From Octopus sinensis (lineage: Eukaryota), in NCBI RefSeq assembly GCF_006345805.1, contig NC_042999.1, positions 44,516,001-44,580,000 on the forward strand: a DNA stretch of 64,000 bases. The letters are read 5' to 3'. The notes under the pieces were generated by a model. The model ran no database searches. It saw only the letters and a list, made by a program, of their open reading frames with translations, and was not told the DNA's origin. Below, piece after piece: positions 22,687-34,652 of this stretch. A program made the position numbers and the translations under genes. Numbering within the stretch: position 1 is the stretch's first letter; each line of letters opens with the position of its first letter.

Positions 22687-25600
22687 GTAAGTCGGTGTTT
22701 ATACAAGGAAATTCTACGTTTTCTGTGTGTTTGAAAGCAGGGTAGTATGAAAATGAATTGTCCATGTAATATTTTTTACCTAATCATCCCTTTTTTCACT
22801 TCTTCTTTACATATTTACATCGTTTCTTTCCTTTGCAGCTAAGGGCATATACTGTGCAATTATATATACATGTTTATTCGAATAACGTTTTGTTTTCTGT
22901 TCAATAAAATAAAATACAGCTTTTTGATTATGTTAAATCTCAATTGCAAAGAGAAAATGTGATTCAGTTTATGCGGCATGAGATCAGTATATATTCGGTG
23001 TTCACACGTTGATTGTAGTAATTAGTTTATTAATAAACAAAACCATTATTTGTTGCAAGAATTTGCTTTTTTAACATATTGATATCTGTTTTAGATATTT
23101 TTTAAAGATTTTTTTTTGTTTTATTCGATTGAATTTTTGTTTTAATACACAAAATACTTGACATCAGTCACAATACAACTGGTCAACGATGACTTGAGTA
23201 ACGTCCCTTCAATATCACTCTTCTATGTTTATGAACAGATCCGGCTTTTGTTCAACTGTTCAATACTAAATAAAGCTCTCCTTAGGTTTATAGATGAATA
23301 TCACGTCGAAGACATATCTCAATGAAACAGCTACGATCATGTACTTAAACCGGGCAAAGAATTCCATCTCAATTACCCAAAAGATAATCGAAAAGTTGGA
23401 TGAATGAAAATAATGTATCTACTCATATAAAGGAGTCATATTTTTCTAAATTTTGGATCGCATAAACGTTTTTTTTTTCGCATGTCGAAGTTAAAGCTTC
23501 TAATTTGACACTTGGAAGTCGGCAAGTCTCTCTGGTGGTATAGCAGCAGACACTTGGTTTTTATCCTGGCAATGAATTTGCTGCTCACTTTTTTTTTTCT
23601 AAGGGAATCTTATGTGATATTTTATAGACCTTTATAGCTACATTTGAGATACACACCCACACTCACCCTCAGCTCCTCCCAAACCCCTGAGATCATCGAC
23701 CACGCCTCCACCCTTGTTCATCATTCATGTATTCGCATCTACCTCCATCTGTAACCATTTCTCATTCTCTTTTCACAATTTTGCGAACTTGCCCATTCTT
23801 CCCTATCTTATATTCATCTTATACATTGAAGGTATGTCCTGACATCTCATCACCAACATAGTTTTTCTCTCTTTCTATTTAGGGTAGCCATGTATCTCCT
23901 CCACAGCAAGACACCTGTTTCCGTCCCTGTGTTAAATAGTCTCTCAATACCAAGCTTAAAGCCACTTCCCTTAATATACACCCCCAGTCAGTCGAAGGGA
24001 CTTGTCAGTTATTTGTCGGTACCTCGAAAAAAAGCATCTAATACATTTTGCAAAGTGGTTGATGCTAAGAAGGGCATCATGCTGCAGAAATCGGGACTTG
24101 ACACAGTTTGGTGACTCGTTAGAAACTGTTAAACCATCCAATCAATGCTATCGACATTCACACACACGTTAGAGGGATCTGATTTAGCATGTAAGAAAGA
24201 AGGCTGTTGGTACATGTTTGGAGAGAGCTGTTTCAAGAAGTGCTGATCACTTAACGTGGATGGAACTTGTGGAAGAGTGTGACCTAAGAAGACATGAGAC
24301 TAAGTAGTGAAGGCTGATAGTGAACCTCAGAGAGGAGCTGATAAAGGATAGATGGCAAAATTGAGAATTTGGGAACATGATTATATATTAAATACATGCA
24401 CATGTACATACATACAACTAGGTCCCTTGCCCAATGTTTTTCCTCCTAAAGCACCACCCATCACCTCTATCACTGACCAACCTAAGTGCTGTATTTTGAT
24501 TCTGTAATTAAACGAGAGCAGAAATGCATATTGCATCTTTTTCTGTAATACCAGTTATTTTTTTCACTACTTCATTTGTCATTCATCCTTTGTTTTTAAT
24601 TTTGTCCTTCACTCACATTTTACATTAATCTCTGTTCCTGTGTACTGTCTGCCTCTTCTCTCATCCCCTTGCAACCTATCCACCCACTCTCATTTCCATC
24701 TCTGTCATCCTTCTCCTGTCTTCCGTTTTACTATTATTATTATTCTGCTGTTTTTCATTCCTTCTGCTATGTCAGTCACCATCACTACTCCCTCTGTCTT
24801 CCCCTTCAAGTCTTGTATCACTGATTCCCCACAACCTTTGACCACCATTCACTAACTCTACCCAATCACCTACTATTCTCTGCCTTCCCACCAGCAAATA
24901 TTTATCATCAATTACCCATTCACCCTTGTTATTCAGTCATTATATCTACCACCTCGTGCATTCCTCATCTCTATTCCTCCCTCATTTTCATACATGCTCG
25001 CATCTTAGACTTACCAACATTCCCACTTGTATTCACTTTCTACCCTCAGGGTCCATACAAACATTTCATCACCACTATTTTATCTTTTTCAGCTCCCTCT
25101 CCCCCATTTATCCCACCCATTTTTCTTTATTATATAAGTAGCCATGTAGCTCCTCACAACAGGCCCTTTCTTATCTCTTTGCATATAACCACCATTCAGT
25201 TCAAAGGGATCTTAGTCTTGTAAGCTACATGGCAATCTCACTAGTGCAGATGTGAAAAAGCCACCCAGTACACTATGTAAAGTGATTGGCTGCCTGCTGT
25301 AGTAACCGTGACAGAGAGACATTTGTGAAGAATGCAACCCTTGGACCCATCAGATGCTATCAACCTTTCTAAGAACCTATGTCAACAAAGGAAATAAACA
25401 TTAAAAGATGATGACACACACACATACTAATATCTATTTGTGTGTGTGTATATATATATATATATAGCCAGCTGTTACAAGAATAAAGCAGCTGCCTTCG
25501 GAATAATAATAGAGGTACCAAATTGTTAGACCAGGTCATGAAAGTTAGGAGAGGGTTATTGCCCAATTAATTACTTTAGGAACAGAATTAGACTAGATGA

Positions 25601-26299
25601 GATTCAGTTTGGTTTTGTGCCAAGGAGAAGAATTACTGATGCCATCTTAGTCAGACAACTGTAACAGAAGCATTTAGATAAGAGTACTTGGCATTTGATG
25701 AGTTGGAAAAAGCCTTTGACAGAACTCTGCTTTCTTCAAGTAAATGGTTCTGCTTGATATGTAGGAAAGGTGTAGGCAGGAATTCTGTATGATGTATCAA
25801 GTGCAAACTATGGACATGCAAGAGGTGCAATGGAAGGTTAATGAGAAAACCAGTGTTTATGTATGGAAGATGCACAAGACTCATAAAACTAAAGAATGCA
25901 TGTAAAATAGATTTTCTCACTAGAAACTTCTCAGAGGCAGTTGACAGTTTCTGCTACATAGGTTACCTAACTAGCAGTGGAGGGCAATGATCTGAAGGTG
26001 TAGTTACCAGAATACAAATAAGAGGAAAATTCAGAAAGCTGTCAACTCTATTGACACAAAAATGACTTTTGCTCATAATGAAAGCTGGTTCTGTGATGCT
26101 TGTATAAAGGATTCCAAATGCAGAGTACATGCAAAAACTAGAGTGGGATAAAGCTAGTATGCACAATTGGACATGCAACATCAGTATGACTGCATCATAA
26201 AATACTAATGTATTCAGGGAAAAATTGGAGATGAGAAGAATCAGATGTAATGTATGAAGGAAGGATGCACTATGAGGTTATGTGATGAGTATGGATAAA

Positions 26300-26380
26300 A
26301 AGCATGCATTTATATGTATATAGGTATACATATCTGTATATAAAGATATGTATATACATGCAAACACATATAGGGATATG

Positions 26381-26443
<63 letters not shown>

Positions 26444-26700
26444 GCTTACCTATGTATATATGTATATGTCTGTATATATGTATGTATATATATATGTATA
26501 TATGAATGTACATAGGTATATATCTTTGTATATATGTATGTATCAATATACATACATATATATATATATATATGTACATTAGTATATATGTATATATCTT
26601 TGTATATATGTATGTACATACGTATATATCTCTGTATATATGTGTGTGTATATGTATATATGTGTGTGTATTTATATACATAAATGTATGTATTTATATA
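26300..26700. repeat. Compound (TA)n/(TATG)n microsatellite
   Basis: Direct inspection; source of the Y/I/M/C/V/H ORFs. Confidence 0.95.
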
Positions 26701-26893
26701 TATTACAAATAAGAAAATGGAGAAACACATTAGTTGGTTTATCATCTTTAGGATATTATAACGTCTTATTTAATTAACTAAACTACAACCATAATAACAT
26801 GCATATATACAGTATAAAATTTAATACAATTAAGATAAGAATACAAATATTTATTAAAAAACATTAATATAAATTGTTAGAATCATTAAAATT

Positions 26894-27020
26894 CCTTACA
26901 GCTGTTTCAGACTATGGAAAAAAGTAATTTTCTCTGCCTATACTTATCAATTATTTTGAGGTTGTAGGCAGTTAAAAAAAATATATATATATATATATAT
27001 ATCCATAGGCCTCGTCAGAG
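26894..27020 (-). ncRNA. Hammerhead-ribozyme-like motif with palindromic helix III and (TA)n-expanded stem II loop
   Basis: Minus strand CT-CTGACGA-GGCCTATGGA-(~80 nt)-TCCATAGTCT-GAAAC-AGCT-GTA-AG. Confidence 0.55.
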
Positions 27021-27094
27021 TTTAAAAAGTACTTTCAAAATATAAATATATACATGAAACAGGATACACGTACAATTTTATATATATGTATATA

Positions 27095-27142
<48 letters not shown>

Positions 27143-27749
27143 ATATATACATAAGCAAAATATATACACCTATACATGTACATAAATACATAAATAGGCA
27201 CAATTAAACATACGTACAAGCATATAGACAATTAATCATATACATATATACTGGAACATACACATCTATATTCATGAATACACATTATTATATTTATTAA
27301 TAATAATAATATTAGATTCAGTGTAATCTTCACTTCACAATACATATAGTAGATTCCAATATATTGTATACTACGATATAAGATAACCAAATAGTTATGA
27401 GAGATTTAATCGTACAAATTTTAAAATCACAGTCAATATATCCATATATATATATATATATATAACATACACCTAGACCAGGGTTATTACAATATTCTTC
27501 TTCTTCATACACCTAAGTCCATGCGTGTGGGCAACAAATAGAAGCAACATGCATATATACGTTATATATTAATATTTTAGTGTTTTAAATCTATCAGGGA
27601 TTAGGGAGCGATTATTTTTAATCATAAGATAAATCTAATTGGTTATCAAATTTGAATTTCTTTGTCTCTGTTACGGTTGATTGATTGAAGACTGAATGAC
27701 TAAAACTAATTGTAAATACCATGAATAATTGAAAAGAAATAAATAAATA

Positions 27750-27912
27750 GGCGCAGGAGTGGCTGTGTGGTAAGTAGCTTGTTTACCAACCACATGGTTC
27801 CGGGTTCAGTCCCACTGTGTGGCACCTTGGGCAAGTGTCTTCTACTATAGCCTTGGGGCGACCAAAGCCTTGTTGGTGGATTTGGTAGATGGAAACTGAA
27901 AGAAGCCCGTCG

Positions 27913-27943
<31 letters not shown>

Positions 27944-28151
27944 ATTTGTGTGTCTGTGTTTATCCCCCTAGCATTGCTTGACAACCGATGCTGGTGTGTT
28001 TATGTCCCCGTTACTTAGCGGTTCGGCAAAAGTGCCCGATAGAATAAGTACTGGGCTTACAAAAGAATAAGTCCCGGGTTCGAGTTGCTTGATTAAAGGC
28101 GGTGCTCCAGCATGGCCGCAGTCAAATGACTGAAACAAGTAAATGAGTAAA
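27750..28151 (+). mobile_element. SINE family A, full length
   Basis: A box TGGCTGTGTGG (27760), B box GGTTCAGTCCC (27803), internal (TA)n, 3' tail. Confidence 0.88.
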
Positions 28152-28317
28152 TATGCAGTATTAATCCCCCATTATTACAATGTACATTGTTAAATTCACT
28201 TTCAAAATATTAAACGTAAACAAAGAATTCTTATATATACATGTGCAAGTTAAGCGAAAGGTATAAATTCATGAATATTTATCTACAAAATTTAATAAAG
28301 TATACAAAAATCCAATA

Positions 28318-28342
28318 TGTATATGTGTGTGTGTGTATGTAT

Positions 28343-28385
<43 letters not shown>

Positions 28386-28586
28386 TATATGTATATATGC
28401 GTGTATATATATATATATGTATCTATATGTGTGTATGTATATATGTGTGTATATATAAGTATATATGTCTATATATGTTTGTATATATATGTCTAATATG
28501 TTTGTATATATATGTCTATATATGTTTGTATATATATGTCTATATATATTTGTATATATATGTCTATATATATGTTTGTATATATA

Positions 28587-28624
<38 letters not shown>

Positions 28625-28729
28625 TATATATATATGTTTGTATATATATGTCTATTATATATGTTTGTATATATATGTCTATATATATATTTTGTATTAT
28701 ATGTCTATATATATATGTTTGTATATATA

Positions 28730-28760
<31 letters not shown>

Positions 28761-29017
28761 GTTTGTATTTAGATGTCTATATATATGTTTGTATTTAGAT
28801 GTCTATATATATGTTTGTATATATGTCTATATATATGTTTGTATTTAGATGTCTATATATATGTTTGTATATATGTCTATATATATGTTTGTATTTAGAT
28901 GTCTATATATATATGTTTGTATATATGTCTATATATATGTCTATATATATGTTTGTATATATATGTCTGTATATGTATATATATATATGTATATATATTT
29001 ATAGACATATATATAAC

Positions 29018-29056
<39 letters not shown>

Positions 29057-29572
29057 GTGTGTGTATATATATATGTATATATGTGTGTGTATATATATGT
29101 ATATATGTGTGTGTATATATATATGTATATATATGTGTGTATATATATATATATGTGTGTGTGTATATATATATGTATATATATATATGTGTGTGTATAT
29201 ATATATATGTATATATAATGTCTGTATATGTATATATATGTTTATATATATGTATATATGTCTATATATATATGTATATTTATATATACATACACATGAC
29301 TATATATTTATGTGTGTATATATATATACATGACTATATATATGTGTGTATATATATATATACACACACGTATATATATACGTGACTATATATATACATA
29401 TACACACGGATGTGTGTATATATACATAGATGTGTAAATAGATGTCTATATATATATGTCTGTATATAGATGTCTATGTATGTATATATATGTCATATTG
29501 TATATGTCTATATATACATGTCTGTATATATGTCTATATATATGTGTATGTATTTATATGTCTATATGTCGG

Positions 29573-29607
<35 letters not shown>

Positions 29608-29642
29608 GTATATATATATATATATATGTATATTATATATAT
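28318..29642. repeat. 1.3-kb compound TA/TG microsatellite with a ~22-24-bp higher-order unit
   Basis: Units like TATATATGTCTATATATATGTTTG recur across 28460-28960. Confidence 0.95.
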
Positions 29643-29848
29643 GGGCCTCGTCTGGCCCCCGTCCTGGTGGCACGTAAAAAGCACCCACTACACTCATGGA
29701 GTGGTTGGTGTTAGGAAGGGCATCCAGCTGTAGAAACACTGCCGGATCAGACTGGGCCGGGCGAAGCCTACTGGCTTCCCAGACCCCAGTTGAACCGTCC
29801 AACCCGTGCTAGCATGGAAAACGGACGTTAAACGATGATGATGATGAT

Positions 29849-29898
29849 GTATATATGTATGTATGTATATGTATCTATATGTATGTGTGTATGTATAT

Positions 29899-29941
<43 letters not shown>

Positions 29942-30156
29942 ATGTATTTGTATGTATGTATATGTATGTATGTATGTATGTATATGTATGTATGTATATG
30001 TATGTATGTATATGTATGTATATGTATGTATATGTATGTATGTATATATATGTATGTATGTATGTATATATATATGTATGTATATATATGTATATATATA
30101 TGTATGTATGTATATATATGTATATATATGTATATATATATGTATGTATATATATG

Positions 30157-30195
<39 letters not shown>

Positions 30196-30295
30196 GTATA
30201 TATATATTATGTATATATATGTATGTATATATATTTATATATATATATGTATGTATGTATATATATATGTATATGTATATATATATGTATCTATG

Positions 30296-30352
<57 letters not shown>

Positions 30353-31072
30353 GTGCATATATATGTATGTATATATATATATGTATGTATATATGTATGT
30401 ATATGTATGTATGTATATATATATGTATATATATGTATGTATATGTATGTATGTATATATATGTATGTATGTGTATGTATGTATATATGTATGTATGTGT
30501 ATGTATGTATATATATATGTATGTATATGTATGTATATATGTATGTATGTATGTATGTATATATATATGTATATATATATGTATATATATATGTATGTAT
30601 GTATATATGTATGTATGTATATATGTATGTATGTATGTATATATATGTATGTATATACATATGTATATATGTATGTATGTATATATGTATGTATGTATGT
30701 ATATATATATGTGCATATATATGTATGTATGTATATATATATGTATATATGTATATATATATGTATATATGTATATATATATGTGCATATATATGTATGT
30801 ATGTATATATATATGTATATATGTATATATATATGTGCATATATATGTATGTATATATATATGTGCATATATATGTATGTATATATATGTGCATATATAT
30901 GTATGTATATATGTGCATATATATGTATGTATATATGTGCATATATATGTATGTATATATGTATATATATATGTGCGTATATATGTATGTATATATTTGT
31001 ATATATATATGTATGTATATATATGTATTCATCTATGTGTATATATCTATGCATGTATATATATGTATATAC
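29849..31072. repeat. 1.2-kb (TATG)n/(TA)n alternating purine-pyrimidine tract
   Basis: Direct inspection; explains the 165-475 aa pseudo-ORFs. Confidence 0.95.
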
Positions 31073-31623
31073 AAGCTTGTGTGCCTGGTAAATCACAGGC
31101 ATAAAAAATGTTCTATTGCAATACCTTATTACTCCATTATAAGAAAGCAATTTCTTTATAACTGCCACAAAAGATGTATTTTCTGCCTCAAAAAAGTACA
31201 AAAAACTGTCAGCTGGAGGAGGGAGAGATTGTTGGGGCTTGGTGAGAGAGGTTTACGGAGGTTGGTGAGAAAGGTTGTGTGAGATTGGCGAGAGCCAAAG
31301 ACATTATTCTGCTTAGTGAAGGTATCTGGGAAATGTATAACTGTTATCGTTCACAGAAAAACTATTGTTTTACCGTTGATGACTTGGGTTTCTTTCTTTC
31401 ATTCCCTGATGAGAAGATTACCTTGTTTTACAACATTTTATTCCTTTTGAAATAACACCAATGTTGTCTTTGAAACATGTCAGAAGTAAAAGAATTTAAA
31501 TAACACCAGTGTTTAACTCTATTTATTTATATGTATATATTTATGTATATGGACATATATATTTATATATATGTATGTAGACATATATATTTATATATAT
31601 GTATGTGTACATATTTATATACA

Positions 31624-31667
<44 letters not shown>

Positions 31668-31748
31668 ATCCAAACAAGAAAACACAGCAACGCGAGGACG
31701 TGGAACAATTAAAGTATTATTTGACGCTCAGGAAAGAAGGGAAGGAAG

Positions 31749-31783
31749 GTTTAACGTTTCGAGCGGAGCTCTTCGTCGGAAAC
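31749..31783 (-). ncRNA. Minimal type-I hammerhead-ribozyme-like motif (35 nt)
   Basis: Minus strand GTTT-CCGACGA-A-GAGC-TCC-GCTC-GAAAC-GT-T-AAAC: 4-bp stem I, 4-bp stem II, ACGT palindrome; U4>C in the core. Confidence 0.55.
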
Positions 31784-32086
31784 AAGGAGAAGGGAAGACA
31801 GAGGAAAAAAAATATTTTTGCTGGTGGTGCTCAAGAGATCACATGTATATATATATATATATATATATGTACATATAGCATGGGTTGGACGGTTCGGCCG
31901 GGGTCTAGAAGCCATGGAGGCTGTATCAGGCTCTAGTCTGATTAGGCAGTGTTTCTACAGCTGGATGCCTTTGCTTTATATATAACTATACATACGCACA
32001 CATGCACGGTTGTTTCAAATTTTGAAACTTGTAAACAAAGACTCCTGGAATTAAAACAAATACGACTCAAGAGAAAATATCCATCA

Positions 32087-32710
32087 ATCATCATCATCAT
32101 CATCATCATTTAGCGTCCGTTTTCCATGCTAGCATGGGTTGGACGGTTCTACTGGGGTCTGTGAAGCCGGAAGGCTTCATCAGGCCCAGTCAAATCTGGC
32201 AGTGTTTCTACGGCTGGATGCCCTTCCTAATGCCAACCACTCCGTGAGTGTAGTGGGTGCTTTTTACGTGCCACCCGCACTGGTGCCAGACAGAGCTGGC
32301 AAACGGCCACGAACGGATGGTGCTTTTTATGTGCCAGGCGAGGCTGGCAACGGACACGAAACGGGGCGGTGCTGGCAACTGTCGCGAAACGGAAAGTTCT
32401 CTTACATGCCACCGGCACTGGTAACACATCTGCAATTTCCATTGATCGATTTCGATTCTGATCCTCACTTGCCTCAATGGGTCTTCACAAGCAGAGTTTC
32501 GACATGCCACCGGCACTGGTAGCACATCCGCAATTTCCATTGATCGATTTCGATTCTGATCCTCACTTGCCTCAACACGTCTTCACAAGTAGAGTTTTGT
32601 GTCCCAAGAAGGGAAGGTATGCATACGTAGGCTGGCTCCATCCCATGTAGAAGGCCACGGGTTGTGGACTCACTTGTCCTGCCGGGTCTTCTCGCGCACA
32701 GCACACTTCC
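32087..32710 (-). mobile_element. 5'-truncated RTE LINE 3' end, near-identical to 54275-54915
   Basis: Same UTR, 98-bp internal tandem duplication and KTRQDK* terminus. Confidence 0.9.
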
Positions 32711-33355
32711 TATGAAATTGAGCTTGTCAAAGCTGTAGAGATTCAAGAATTGTAAGAAACAAAAAAACACTTCAAATACACCCAATACTCTATCCTTTAT
32801 TTTAATGCAGAGGTCTACACCATTATCCACCAGAACATTCTGTTACTGAGACAAGCCCCAAGGCTCATAAATGAAACAATAACTTGAAATAATTAAAAGC
32901 AGAAGACAATCAAAATACCACAAGGAACTACTCACCTGTGCCAAATGCCCCTCCACAATCCTCACACCAACAGTCAAAATGTGTTACTACCTTAACTGTG
33001 GGACTTGCATTAATTTCATTGAAGAGAAATATAAATTTAATTCAGGACAGATTTTTACCTTAAAAAATCATTTTACCTGTTTATCAAAAAATTTGATATA
33101 TGCTGGTAACTGTAAAGGATGCAATGAGGATTACATAGGTCAATCAAAACTCATTCTCAGAAATAGAGTAACTATGCATAGACAGCAAATATGAAACCCC
33201 AGTACTAGACAGATGTCACTGCGTGGACAAATAGACATATGGGCAAAAAATAAGTCTGTCCACTTTACCATTGTTCAGTCAAGACCACAGATCAAGCACA
33301 GGTAAACAAAGAAAATATATTTATAGAAAATACAAACCATGACTGAATAAGCTTT
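32711..33355 (+). mobile_element. Decayed Penelope-like element fragment (RT-EN linker and GIY-YIG endonuclease)
   Basis: IIKSRRQSKYHKELLTCAKC (32889), then ORF 32979-33194 FTCLSKNLIYAGNCKGCNEDYIGQSKLILRNRVTMHRQQI. This is the N(L/V)IY-x3-C-x2-C-x3-YIGQ...LR-x-R-x3-H pattern of PLE GIY-YIG domains; stops and frameshifts present. Confidence 0.8.
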
Positions 33356-34621
33356 AACAAACTACGTTCACACACAAACTCATTTTACCGCTTGAATATA
33401 TACAGCTAACAACCTAAACTTTGGGCACAATCAATGACTTTTCCTTGTATGACATTAACATACAAATTTAGTGGAGAACAAAATTTGACACCTGTGTTGA
33501 TAGACACAAACTGTAACTATTCACCCACTGGGCTTCATAGAAACAACTCCTGTCTGCTCTAGCACTTGAGAGATTAAATTTAGAAAGCCTTGTTTTGGGA
33601 CTGTCACTAGACATTCATTCAATTGTCTGCCTTCATTTTTGCATAAAAAATATAGCCACATGATATTAATGCATGGCTGTAGTAGCAAAAAACCTGCGAA
33701 AATTTCTAAGGCTAGCATTCAGATGCTCTGTTTGTAATGGGCATGAGCAGTAATTCTTGCATTGTTAGTAGCTCAAAGTGGGTAATTCCAATGCAATCTC
33801 ACCAAACAGAAAGAACAACACTTTTAACATGGAGGTCCTGTTCTCCACAACTAAGCCATTGCCTGCATCTCCTAGCATTTTTATTAAATAGTTCATTTTT
33901 CATCAGCAGTCTCTAATCTTTTCTAAAAATGGTGAGATATGTTCATGAGAGTAAAAAGATGAACAAATATTCACTCGTGATTTTTGGTTGGCTTCTGTCA
34001 AATCAATTCCTCAACTGACACAGTATTATCCCTCTCAAGCTCTGACGAAAGAAGCTCATCATCAAATTCAACATGATGTCCTATTTGTAGCCTCTCTCTT
34101 AAGTGAAAATCACTATTTTTGGACTTTGCAAATCATCTTCTGCAACTTCTTTCTTTCAAGCATTGTTCCCCACAAATAGAATGGATATTTTTGGTTGCAC
34201 TGTTTCTGTTTTTGAACTCATAAAGCATTAAATGCACTAAATGTTCCTTTGATATGTCCATCTTTGAGGAGTTAATATTAGTAATTAATTCAGTTCGATT
34301 TTTCTGTAAAAAGGAATTATATTAAGTTATAAGTTTCCAAATTCATATGTTTTTCGAATACTGTAAAATTTGATTGAAATTACATATATGATATTTTGGG
34401 CATTTTTTATGGGACTACCTGATACATATATGATGAAGATGATATGTGTGTGTGTGTATCATCATCATCATCATCATCGTTTAACGTCCGCTTTCCATGC
34501 TAGCATGAGTTGGACGATTTGACTGAGGGCTCGCGAACCAGATGGCTGCACCAGGCTTCAATCTTGATCTGGCAGAGTTTCTACAGCTGGATGCCCTTCC
34601 TAACGCCAACTACTCCGAGAG

Positions 34622-34652
<31 letters not shown>

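Noticed and set aside
27750-27830. tRNA genes at SINE heads (also 2170-2245, 17300-17372, 61090-61169)
   Set aside because: A/B boxes are present, but there is no cloverleaf and they are attached to SINE bodies.
26304-31282. Long ORFs (up to 475 aa) rich in Y/I/M/C/V/H
   Set aside because: They are translations of alternating TA/TG microsatellites that simply lack stop codons; no splice or codon evidence.
31400-31440. CCCTGATGAGAAG as a hammerhead core
   Set aside because: Not followed by GAAAC or a helix III.
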